Source: Thermoplasmata archaeon (GTDB lineage Archaea; Thermoplasmatota; Thermoplasmata; Thermoplasmatales; ARK-15). Taken from it: a DNA stretch of 64,000 nt. The stretch covers positions 19,860 through 83,859 of the forward strand of contig JAVYRZ010000004.1 of the NCBI GenBank assembly GCA_038729465.1, in the 5' to 3' direction. The translations under genes and the position numbers were made by a program. Positions within the stretch are counted from its first letter, which is position 1; the number at the start of each line of letters is the position of its first letter. Of the stretch, positions 55,748 through 63,908 are shown in pieces. The notes beneath the pieces are model-generated. The model was not told the DNA's origin, ran no database searches, and was given only the letters and a program-made list of their open reading frames with translations.

Positions 55748-56978
55748 CCTTTCTTAAGTGTTGCATAGCTCCAAGCACTGCCGCCGTTGCATCCTGGTTA
55801 CTGGATGATACGTCTGCAGGTTTTTTAGCTACACCAGCTACATTAAAAATATCGTCTTCTATGACAAACCCAAAATTATCATATTTTAAGCCATCAATTT
55901 TGTTGGATACTGTACTGGGTTGCATACCAGTTGCTAAAATAACCAAATCAAATTCCTTTTTTATTTTAATCCCGCTAGCTGTATCTTCAACCTGGACAAT
56001 TAGGTTCTTGCTAGGCGTTTCTTCAATCTTGGCAACCTTTCCCTTCGTAAATGTGACGTTCTTGTCAGTTTGCAATTTCTCTAAGAAATGTTCATACAAA
56101 CCATACGCCCTGAGATCAATATAGAATATTGTTATGTTCGCATCAGCATATTGTTCCCTTATGTAGAAAGCATGCTTCATTGATGCTAGACAACATATCT
56201 GCGAACAGTATGGCAAGTAATTTTCATCTCTAGAGCCTGCACATTGAACTATTGCAATATTTTTTGGTTCTTTGTTATCAGATATCCTGATAATCTTTCC
56301 TTTTGTAGGACCATTAGGTGATGCAATTCTTTCAAACATGATATTTGTAATAACATTTTGATATTCCCCAAATCCGAGATGTGCCAGTTTTTTTGCGTCA
56401 TAAGGATCCCATCCAGTAGATACAATAACAGATTTTGCATCAATTTGTATTTTTTCCTCCTTCATGGCTAGATCTATGGCATTGTATTGGCATGCACTTA
56501 CGCATTTAGCACATTCCTTTCCAAGGCAATATTTGGGATCTATAACATATAGATCTGGAAAAGCTAGATCATGAGGAATATATATCGCTTTTGTGGTGTC
56601 CATTCCAAAATTAAAATCATTTTTTCTAGATACGGGACAGACCTCAACACATTTGCCACATGAAGTACATAAATCATTAACGAAACGCGGCAATATAGAT
56701 ATATCTACTGTATAATTATCATTAACGTTTACTACTTTTTTTACATTGGCATTCGTAATGTATTTAAGATTGTTCAGGTTTTTAAGCCTTTTAATAAGTA
56801 TTTCAAAACCACAATAAGGTGGACATAATTTTGGGAAATATTTGTTGAGTTGCACTACTCTTCCACCTAAATATGGATTCTTTTCAAGTAATATCACGTT
56901 ATACCCTGTTTCCGCAGCCTCTACTGCCGAGGTTATGCCGGAAATTCCACCACCGATTACTACAATATCTGTATTCAA
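55740..56978 (-). CDS. qmoA: quinone-interacting membrane-bound oxidoreductase subunit A (HdrA-like flavoprotein)
   Basis: 412 aa with the FAD fold VVIGGGISGITSAVEAAE, then LGGRVVQLNKYFPKLCPPYCG and the Cys motif CTSCGKCVEVCP. It lies directly downstream of aprA. Confidence 0.85.
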   Translation of the reverse strand: MNTDIVVIGGGISGITSAVEAAETGYNVILLEKNPYLGGRVVQLNKYFPKLCPPYCGFEILIKRLKNLNNLKYITNANVKKVVNVNDNYTVDISILPRFVNDLCTSCGKCVEVCPVSRKNDFNFGMDTTKAIYIPHDLAFPDLYVIDPKYCLGKECAKCVSACQYNAIDLAMKEEKIQIDAKSVIVSTGWDPYDAKKLAHLGFGEYQNVITNIMFERIASPNGPTKGKIIRISDNKEPKNIAIVQCAGSRDENYLPYCSQICCLASMKHAFYIREQYADANITIFYIDLRAYGLYEHFLEKLQTDKNVTFTKGKVAKIEETPSKNLIVQVEDTASGIKIKKEFDLVILATGMQPSTVSNKIDGLKYDNFGFVIEDDIFNVAGVAKKPADVSSSNQDATAAVLGAMQHLRKGE

Positions 56979-57008
56979 GCTTTAACATCCCCTAAAATAA
57001 AAAAAAGA

Positions 57009-58952
57009 TTAGAGAGTGTAATCTGCCACCTGTACATACGGCACTTTCTGTAGCTCCCAGTTTCCACTGACAGGGTCTTTTCTTCCAACACTGAAGCATT
57101 TCCAGTTTTTGTCGTCTAGATCTGGATAGTCAGTTCGGTAGTAATATCCAGGCCATCTGGTCTCTTTCCTGAACTTTAGATGCTGTACATGTGCCTCTGC
57201 AACAGTAACTCTGTGCCACATTTCCCAAGTTCTTAAAAGTTCATGCAAATTTCTAGCTGCTAGCTTGTTCATATCCTCTTTTAGAACTTGAATCTTGCTC
57301 AAAGCTATGTTTAAATAGGTTTCATTGATCCTGAACCATGTAGACGTTCCGCCTGCATATTCATCCATGATCTTCTGTAACCTCCACAGTGCCTGTTTTG
57401 GGAATAGGAAATTTGGGTTTATTTCTTCTGCAGTAGTAGCATTCTTGAACTGTTCATACGTAACCATAGGCTGGAATATCTTCTTCTTGAGCTCTGTGAC
57501 GCTATTTTCATCGATACTTACACCATCTCCCTGTTCAACAACATATCTTACAGCTTCCTTACCTGCAATTCTTCCTTCCGTAAAAGAACCGCTTGAGAAT
57601 TTGTGTGGAGAAGCACCTGCGTTATCACCTATGGCAAATAATCCCTTTATCGTGGTCATTCTATTGTACTGCAAGGGAAACAATGTTTTGTATTCATCAG
57701 GCATCAGATCCTGAGGACCGCAGACCCATAATCCTGCACAGCCCGAATGTGAACCCATCAAATAAGGCTCTGCTGCAGCGATTTCAGATGGCGTTTTGTC
57801 AGGCTCAGTATTCGTTGAAGCCCAAAGCATTGCCTGATCTACTGTCATATCCAAGAAATCTTCCCACGCCTCATCAAGCAATTTCTTAGTCTTTTTAGCG
57901 TCTCCTGTAGCTAACTTCTCGATTGCCCACTCTGTTCTCATCCATATTGGGCCTCTTCCATTTACCATCTCTTCAATCATCTGATGGTTTCTAAGTGGTG
58001 TTGGCGTTGGTGTTGCATCAGCGTATGGCTTATATTTTGCCATAGCTTCAACATTTTCAGTGTAATCTTTATCATATGTATTTGTTGCCTTGCTCTTGAA
58101 CAGCAAGAACCATGCACCCACAGGACCATAACCATCCTTAAACCTTGTGGGTATAAATCTGTGCTCCATCTGTGTGGTATGTGCCCCTGCATTTATAGCC
58201 ATTGCATATCCGCTTCCGGTGTTAAACACTGCATACCATATCCTTCCCATACCCTCAGCAGTGCTTTTAGGCCTGAATAACGAAGTGGCACCTCCAGTTG
58301 CTAATATAACTGTTTTAGCTTTAAATATGTAGAATATAGGATCTCTCACACTGAATCCAATAGCACCAGCTACTTTTTGTGGATCGTTTTTGTCCATTAT
58401 CAGATGACTCAAAAATACCCTTTCATATATGTTCTGATCACCAAGCGCTTTTTTTGCAGCCTCTGCAACTATTGGCTTGTATGACTCTCCATTGATCATT
58501 ATCTGCCATCTGCCCTCTCTTATATATTTTCCATTCTCATCTTTCCAGATTGGCAATCCCCATTTTTCAAAAAGATGTACGCTGTCATCAACATTTCTTG
58601 CGTAATCTGCTACTAGATCCTCTCTGGAGACCCCCATCATATCAAGATTAACGTATCTTACGAATTCTTCAAGCGTTATCGGTTTGTTATTTGTAAACTG
58701 TGACCTATCTGACAGACCTAAATAACAGTTTATGGCTGATAACCCATGAGCTACTGCCCCACTTCTTTCAATTGCAGCTTTTTCTACCAGTGTAACTTTT
58801 TTGCCCGCGGCCTTGGCCCAGTATGCTGCCTCATAAGCTGCTCCGCATCCGGACATACCACCGCCTATAATCAAAACATCAGTTTCAACTACTTCAGTTT
58901 TTATATCTTCTGGCTTGTAATTTTCTACTTTTCTATAAATTTCTACTGCCAT
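57009..58952 (-). CDS. aprA: adenylylsulfate (APS) reductase alpha subunit
   Basis: 647-aa flavoprotein of the fumarate-reductase family (LIIGGGMSGCGAAYEA). It sits 12 nt downstream of aprB, and its size and context are diagnostic. Confidence 0.92.
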   Translation of the reverse strand: MAVEIYRKVENYKPEDIKTEVVETDVLIIGGGMSGCGAAYEAAYWAKAAGKKVTLVEKAAIERSGAVAHGLSAINCYLGLSDRSQFTNNKPITLEEFVRYVNLDMMGVSREDLVADYARNVDDSVHLFEKWGLPIWKDENGKYIREGRWQIMINGESYKPIVAEAAKKALGDQNIYERVFLSHLIMDKNDPQKVAGAIGFSVRDPIFYIFKAKTVILATGGATSLFRPKSTAEGMGRIWYAVFNTGSGYAMAINAGAHTTQMEHRFIPTRFKDGYGPVGAWFLLFKSKATNTYDKDYTENVEAMAKYKPYADATPTPTPLRNHQMIEEMVNGRGPIWMRTEWAIEKLATGDAKKTKKLLDEAWEDFLDMTVDQAMLWASTNTEPDKTPSEIAAAEPYLMGSHSGCAGLWVCGPQDLMPDEYKTLFPLQYNRMTTIKGLFAIGDNAGASPHKFSSGSFTEGRIAGKEAVRYVVEQGDGVSIDENSVTELKKKIFQPMVTYEQFKNATTAEEINPNFLFPKQALWRLQKIMDEYAGGTSTWFRINETYLNIALSKIQVLKEDMNKLAARNLHELLRTWEMWHRVTVAEAHVQHLKFRKETRWPGYYYRTDYPDLDDKNWKCFSVGRKDPVSGNWELQKVPYVQVADYTL

Positions 58953-58964
58953 ATTTAATTCCTC

Positions 58965-59426
58965 CTATTTCATCTTCTTCTTTAATGTATATCTTGCTGG
59001 GTCTTTGCAATCTCTTCCACCTGCATAATCGAGCGACTTTAATTTTTCCAGAGTTGGTTCTTCAAAGCCTTCAAAAGGATTTATAGAGTCCCAAGCATTG
59101 GTCCTTATCGGGAATTTAAATCTGAAAATTTTTCCGTTTCTAAACTTTACCAGCCACAAAATAGAGTCAGTTCCTCTCTTAGGTGTCACGGAAGATCCTA
59201 GTGGCACAAAGTCAGAATATCCTCTTACTTCAATGGCATCCTGCGGGCAGGTTTTTACGCAGGAATAGCATTCCCAACACATATCAGGTTCCTGATTATA
59301 TGCTTTCATCTTCGCTTTGTCCAAGATCATTAAATCATTCGGACAGATGTACTGACAAGCAGTCCTTGCTAGCGCCTTACAGCCATCACATTTATCTGGG
59401 TTTACATAAGTTGGCATATTATTCAC
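58965..59426 (-). CDS. aprB: adenylylsulfate (APS) reductase beta subunit
   Basis: MPTYVNPDKCDGCKA...CQYICPNDLM...CWECYSCVKTCPQDAI gives the two [4Fe-4S] motifs. The extended C-terminal tail is typical of AprB. The start is probably at MPTYV (59417). Confidence 0.92.
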   Translation of the reverse strand: MNNMPTYVNPDKCDGCKALARTACQYICPNDLMILDKAKMKAYNQEPDMCWECYSCVKTCPQDAIEVRGYSDFVPLGSSVTPKRGTDSILWLVKFRNGKIFRFKFPIRTNAWDSINPFEGFEEPTLEKLKSLDYAGGRDCKDPARYTLKKKMK

Positions 59427-59498
59427 CTCTTTTACTAAATACCTATATGTTTTCGTTATATTAAAATTTTTTTACGATTTTTGATATATAATAATAGA

Positions 59499-59572
59499 AT
59501 ATGTAAAAATATAAATTAATAAAACATATTTTTGCTATTAAATTAAAATTTTTTAAAATTTATGTAAAAATA
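59499..59572. repeat. two copies of the 12-mer TATGTAAAAATA (59499-59510 and 59561-59572) in the aprB upstream region
   Basis: Read directly from the sequence. On the coding (minus) strand it reads TATTTTTACATA, starting about 73 and 135 nt upstream of the aprB ORF. These may be TATA/BRE-like or regulator sites. Confidence 0.35.
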
Positions 59573-59593
59573 AAAAATAAAAGATATTTGATT

Positions 59594-59938
59594 TTATTCT
59601 TTCATTTCATTCTCTTTTATTACTTCACACATGGGTGTGCCCTGGCACAGAAATTCTTCAACCACTTCTGGTCCCGTGGATCTTTTTCTTACGCATATAT
59701 TGAATAGCTGGTCTTTAGCTTCTTTTGGCAACAATTCTATAGTTTTAGTGGTGGCACTATCAAACTTGGCATTAGGATACATTTTTAATAACCTGTCTTT
59801 CTGGGCCAATGTACACTTTATCAACAGTGATCTCATCCCTGCAAGTACATCCTTGGTTAAATCTGCCAATCCCGCAGCCTTTAACTTTTCAAATCTCTCT
59901 TCATTAATCCATATTGGTATTCCGTTGATTTCATCCAT
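59594..59938 (-). CDS. hypothetical protein between sat and aprB (C-terminal CQGTPMC motif)
   Basis: 114-aa ORF 14 nt downstream of the sat stop, so probably co-transcribed with sat. No family recognised. It has three Cys, two of them in C-x5-C near the C-terminus. Confidence 0.55.
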   Translation of the reverse strand: MDEINGIPIWINEERFEKLKAAGLADLTKDVLAGMRSLLIKCTLAQKDRLLKMYPNAKFDSATTKTIELLPKEAKDQLFNICVRKRSTGPEVVEEFLCQGTPMCEVIKENEMKE

Positions 59939-59952
59939 TTTATAACACCTCT

Positions 59953-61251
59953 TTAAGCCTTTCCAACTTTTATATGATCAAGAGTAAATATCGATTTGCG
60001 GTTGGCCAGATAATTATCGTTTACAAAAGGCGAACCGTATCCATATTTTTCTGAGCATTCCATAACTTTGTCAAATACTTCTGGCCTGAATACAAGTTTA
60101 GTGGGTTTTACTCCATCCATCAAAATACTTCTAATCATAGTGCCGCTGAAAGCTTGGCTCTGCTCTTTATGCGCACAAAGTGCTGAAGAAGTTACTTCTG
60201 AACACACTGGGCAATACCAGTTCTCCATCAAAAATAGTACCTTAATTCCTAATTTATCCTTGTATTTTTTAAGCAAATAATGTGCATCATAAGGGCCATA
60301 ATAATTTCCAACTCCTGCATGGTCTCTGCCGAACATATGGTGAGTACAACCAATATTGGTTCTTAATGCTGAATGGAATAGCGCTTCTCTGGGTCCAGCA
60401 TATCTCATATCCCACAGTGCAAATGTAACTGCATGAGTGTCTTCTCTAAAATATCCGGCAGTCCTCAGTATCTCATGTGTCAACAAAATAGCTTCATCAA
60501 TATAATCTCCTTTTCGCTTCTCTCCTATAATGCAGTTTACAAGCACGCCAGTCTTTATTGTATCTACAGTTAGATCTTCATTTGCTGCAAACCATGCAAG
60601 CTTCATTAGCCATTCATGTCCTGTATGTGGTACATTTCTCGTCTGATGCGCTACTATATGTTCCCAACCTTTCTGCTTAAACAGCTCTCGATGTTGTAAT
60701 GGCGTTTTCCAGAACGATGCATATGGTTCATTAAATTTGGGTTCGTTTACAAGAGTCACTTTACCGCCAATAAAATTATCTTTGTAATCCAAAGTTCTTT
60801 TCACGCCTGGATGTTTTATATCACTTGTTCCATAAACATTTTTAGCAAGATCTTTTTTATCATATTTATATATCTCATCTATATCAAAAATTGCCAGTGG
60901 TTCATTTTGATATGACAATACTACTGATTCTCCATCTTTTATATCGTATTTTTTTAGCTCTTCATCGGATAAGTCAAAGACAATAGGTATGCTCCACACC
61001 GCACCGTTAGTCAAAGTGTTTTCTTTGCTTACGCCATCTAGATCCTCATTGCCCATGAAACCCTGTAAAGGTGTGAAAAACCCATAAGAGAGGTTTATGC
61101 ATTCATGTGCAATCTGTTCTCTGATTGGTATTTTCCTTAATCCTTGAACTTTATTTTCAGCCTTGTCTGATTTTAAGACATTTTCGACTATTCTTTTACC
61201 GCCATGACCGATATCATTCATATATATTCCTCCTACTTTACATAGATTCAA
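59953..61251 (-). CDS. sat: sulfate adenylyltransferase (ATP sulfurylase), homo-oligomeric type without APS-kinase domain
   Basis: It has HQTRNVPHTGHEWLMK (the QxRN/HxxH nucleotidyltransferase motif) and FGRDHAGVG. The start is probably at MNDIGHGGKRIV (61221). Confidence 0.9.
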   Translation of the reverse strand: MNLCKVGGIYMNDIGHGGKRIVENVLKSDKAENKVQGLRKIPIREQIAHECINLSYGFFTPLQGFMGNEDLDGVSKENTLTNGAVWSIPIVFDLSDEELKKYDIKDGESVVLSYQNEPLAIFDIDEIYKYDKKDLAKNVYGTSDIKHPGVKRTLDYKDNFIGGKVTLVNEPKFNEPYASFWKTPLQHRELFKQKGWEHIVAHQTRNVPHTGHEWLMKLAWFAANEDLTVDTIKTGVLVNCIIGEKRKGDYIDEAILLTHEILRTAGYFREDTHAVTFALWDMRYAGPREALFHSALRTNIGCTHHMFGRDHAGVGNYYGPYDAHYLLKKYKDKLGIKVLFLMENWYCPVCSEVTSSALCAHKEQSQAFSGTMIRSILMDGVKPTKLVFRPEVFDKVMECSEKYGYGSPFVNDNYLANRKSIFTLDHIKVGKA

Positions 61252-61305
61252 AATATATATATAAATTTATCGAATTTCGGTAATTTATTTTTATAAAGAG
61301 TTAAA

Positions 61306-61335
61306 TTAGATAAATTATTGATTAAATTTATCTAA
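61306..61335. repeat. 11-bp perfect inverted repeat (TTAGATAAATT / AATTTATCTAA, 8-nt spacer) in the qmoC-sat spacer
   Basis: Read directly from the sequence. It lies 35-64 nt downstream of the qmoC stop and upstream of sat, so it could be a terminator hairpin or an operator. Its AT-rich composition lowers significance. Confidence 0.35.
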
Positions 61336-61369
61336 ATTAGTTTTTTTATCTTGTAAATAGTTTAAAAAA

Positions 61370-62470
61370 TTATATAGCAGGAACTCTGCCGATTGATCTA
61401 GTGTATATCATTGCTATACTCCTATAAATCAAATGTGCAAATTTTGAATATGGTGCGTAGACTATAAGCATGAAAATCAGTGTTAGATGAACAAGGTAAG
61501 TCCAGTAAGCAAAGACACTTCCATCAAGTCTGAGTATTTCCATTGTTACGCCGGTGATCGCGGTAAAAAATAATAGAAATATAAAGAGCCAGTCAAAATA
61601 GGTGTTTTCCTTGGGGACCTTGTTTGAAACATGATTGTATATTACTATTATTATACCGGTTAAAATTACCACTGCACCTATATTCCCTATAATGTTTGCA
61701 GGACCACCTATCAGTGAGTGCTGAACTCCTAGAAAATGTATCTCAAATGCAGCCGTTGCAGTAGCTACCAGTAAAAATATAAAGCCATAAAATGTAAATA
61801 AATGAGCATAATACCTTACATGATTAGTTTCACATTTTTTAAACCAAGAATGAGCAATGATATCTTTAAGTACCAAGATTAGAGAACTGAAAAAGCTCAT
61901 CTTGTTTTTTTGCTCGGCAGTCAAGCTTCTCCAGAATCTCCATAAACTGAACAAAGCAATTAATGCTACGATCACTCCAATTGTTGTACCTATTACATCT
62001 ATGTATATATATGGTATAAAGTTGGAGAAATAAATAGCTCCATCTGCCGGCATCTTCAATCCCAATCCATAGATTAATAGAGCTATAAAGAGAACTGGAA
62101 ATAGTATAAAGAAAGGCAGATATTTTTTTTCACTAATCCCCTTTGCAACGAATCTCGGCCAGGAGTTCTCTTCTATTGCTATCTCTCGGACTGCATTCAA
62201 AACACTTCCAGGTTTAGCATTTCTTGGACAATCTTTAGAGCAATCAGCACAATTATGGCATAGCCAGATATCCGGATCTTTGAGAAGAGTATCTTTAAGC
62301 CCCCACTGTGCCCATATCATCTCTTTCCTTGGAAATGGATTATTATCAGGGCTCAAAGGACATACCACGGAGCATTCTGCGCATTGCATACATTTTTTTA
62401 CATCTTTGCCGCCATGCTTAATTATTTCATCGATAAATTTTGTATCTACATCAATATATTCTGAGTTCAT
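61370..62470 (-). CDS. qmoC: quinone-interacting membrane-bound oxidoreductase subunit C (HdrC-like Fe-S domain fused to a HdrE/NarI-like haem b membrane domain)
   Basis: The N-terminal CMQCAECSVVCP and CHNCADCSKDCP motifs are followed by about 6 TM helices with conserved His. Context with sat/aprBA/qmoAB supports the call. Confidence 0.8.
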   Translation of the reverse strand: MNSEYIDVDTKFIDEIIKHGGKDVKKCMQCAECSVVCPLSPDNNPFPRKEMIWAQWGLKDTLLKDPDIWLCHNCADCSKDCPRNAKPGSVLNAVREIAIEENSWPRFVAKGISEKKYLPFFILFPVLFIALLIYGLGLKMPADGAIYFSNFIPYIYIDVIGTTIGVIVALIALFSLWRFWRSLTAEQKNKMSFFSSLILVLKDIIAHSWFKKCETNHVRYYAHLFTFYGFIFLLVATATAAFEIHFLGVQHSLIGGPANIIGNIGAVVILTGIIIVIYNHVSNKVPKENTYFDWLFIFLLFFTAITGVTMEILRLDGSVFAYWTYLVHLTLIFMLIVYAPYSKFAHLIYRSIAMIYTRSIGRVPAI

Positions 62471-62610
62471 ATACTCACCATATATTTTTCGTCATTTAAT
62501 AGTTTTTTTTCATTTTTGATTTTGGTTATAGTTAATTTTTTATGATAAATGTAAATGCAAATAACTATAAATATCTTATTATGTCTTTTATATAATAAAA
62601 ATTATCGATA

Positions 62611-63369
62611 TTAGGTTTTAACATTCCATAAAAGCTCAAAATGATTTTTATTAGCCATTATTGATTCTTTTGCAAGTATGTTGATTCCAAATAGCTCTCC
62701 GTCCGGTTGTGTAAATGTTAGCAATAAATTTTTTTCATCAATTATCAGCATATATTCATAAAATGAATCTACAATCTTGTATTCGATTCCGGTATTATTC
62801 ATAAAATCTATACAATTTTTAGAAAAATTACCAAGAACTCTAATCTTTATATCTTTATTTTCTGCAATCTTGCCTAGAGTTTTGATGCAATTTAGTGCTG
62901 CTAATGGCCTGTGACCTGCAATAAGGCATTCTCTTTCAGTGGATGCAATCATAGACGTAGCCTTGTTGTAAACATTATTCTTTCCTTTTATTGTCCATAT
63001 TAATGAAATTTCATTTTTTATCTCTTTTTCGTCGATACTTTTCTCTATTTCCCTAGCAATCTTTTTTAAATGTTTTAGCTTAGTTTTAGCCTCTTCACAA
63101 TAATGATCTATATAGTTTTTTAGGGCGATGCTAGGATAAATTACTCTAAATATCTGGGGTTTGGTAGCACTTTTTTCAATAAATCCTTTTTTCTCTAAAT
63201 TTGACATAATTTCGTAGATTTTGGATTGAGGTATATTTCCAGACTTAGAAATGCTCCAAGCTGTACCTTCTTTAATCGTAAGTATAGTCTGATACGCTTT
63301 TGCTTCATACTCTGTCATACCAAACTCTTTCAAATTTTTTAACAATTCCATATGGTTCATTAGTATCAA
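62611..63369 (-). CDS. TrmB-family transcriptional regulator
   Basis: The N-terminal wHTH reads LKEFGMTEYEAKAYQTILTIKEGTAWSISKSGNIPQSKIYEIMSNLEKKGFIE. A TrmB-like C-terminal domain follows. It is divergent from dsrC. Confidence 0.75.
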   Translation of the reverse strand: MILMNHMELLKNLKEFGMTEYEAKAYQTILTIKEGTAWSISKSGNIPQSKIYEIMSNLEKKGFIEKSATKPQIFRVIYPSIALKNYIDHYCEEAKTKLKHLKKIAREIEKSIDEKEIKNEISLIWTIKGKNNVYNKATSMIASTERECLIAGHRPLAALNCIKTLGKIAENKDIKIRVLGNFSKNCIDFMNNTGIEYKIVDSFYEYMLIIDEKNLLLTFTQPDGELFGINILAKESIMANKNHFELLWNVKT

Positions 63370-63533
63370 AATAACTTAAATAGGGATTACATATATATCT
63401 TTTTTTTAAAATAAGAAAATATAATTTATTTATGTATCTAAAAATTTAATTTTTAAACTAAATAAGATATATTTTAAAATAAAATAACAAAAATTGTCAT
63501 AAAAAAACAAAATGTTTTTATTACTGTTTTATA

Positions 63534-63552
63534 TTACTACTATTAGTAGTAA
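63534..63552. promoter_or_regulatory. perfect 9+9 inverted repeat TTACTACTA-t-TAGTAGTAA (core TACT-N3-AGTA), candidate operator upstream of dsrC
   Basis: Read directly from the sequence. It ends 4 nt before the GAGGTGA Shine-Dalgarno (63557-63563) and 15 nt before the dsrC ATG. TATTACT half-sites are also at 63519-63525 and 63532-63538. Confidence 0.45.
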
Positions 63553-63567
63553 AAATGAGGTGAGAGA

Positions 63568-63906
63568 ATGGCTGAAAATTATGTAATTGTGAAAAATCCG
63601 GATGGATCCGAGAAAAAAATAGCCATTGATGAAGATGGTTTTATAAAGGATCCTGCTGATTGGTGTGAAGCTTTTGCTTTAGCAGTAGCTAAAGAAGAAG
63701 GAATCGAAAAGGTGACCGATGAACATTTAAAAGTGATAAACTATCTAAGGAGCTATTTTTTACAGTTTGATAGTTGCCCACCTATAAAGATGCTTTTAAA
63801 GAACACTGGTTTAGATATTAAAACTTTGTATATTTTATTTCCTACCGGCCCAGCAAAAGGTGCCTGCAGGTTAGCTGGTGCTCCTAAACCTACGGGGTGC
63901 GTATAA
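63568..63906 (+). CDS. dsrC: DsrC (TusE/DsrC family) with both redox-active C-terminal cysteines
   Basis: 112 aa. DEDGFIKDPADW, LTDEHLKVINYLRSYF and the C-terminal arm PTGPAKGACRLAGAPKPTGCV are present. The penultimate Cys and a second Cys 11 positions upstream give C-x10-C. A strong SD lies upstream. Confidence 0.9.
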   Translation: MAENYVIVKNPDGSEKKIAIDEDGFIKDPADWCEAFALAVAKEEGIEKVTDEHLKVINYLRSYFLQFDSCPPIKMLLKNTGLDIKTLYILFPTGPAKGACRLAGAPKPTGCV

Positions 63907-63908
63907 AT

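Noticed and set aside
57325-58332. A cluster of antisense or alternative-frame ORFs within aprA (57325-57714, 57593-57889, 57984-58280, 58147-58332 and 57977-58192).
   Set aside because: The higher GC of aprA lowers stop-codon density in the off-frames. AprA itself is unambiguous, so these are frame shadows.
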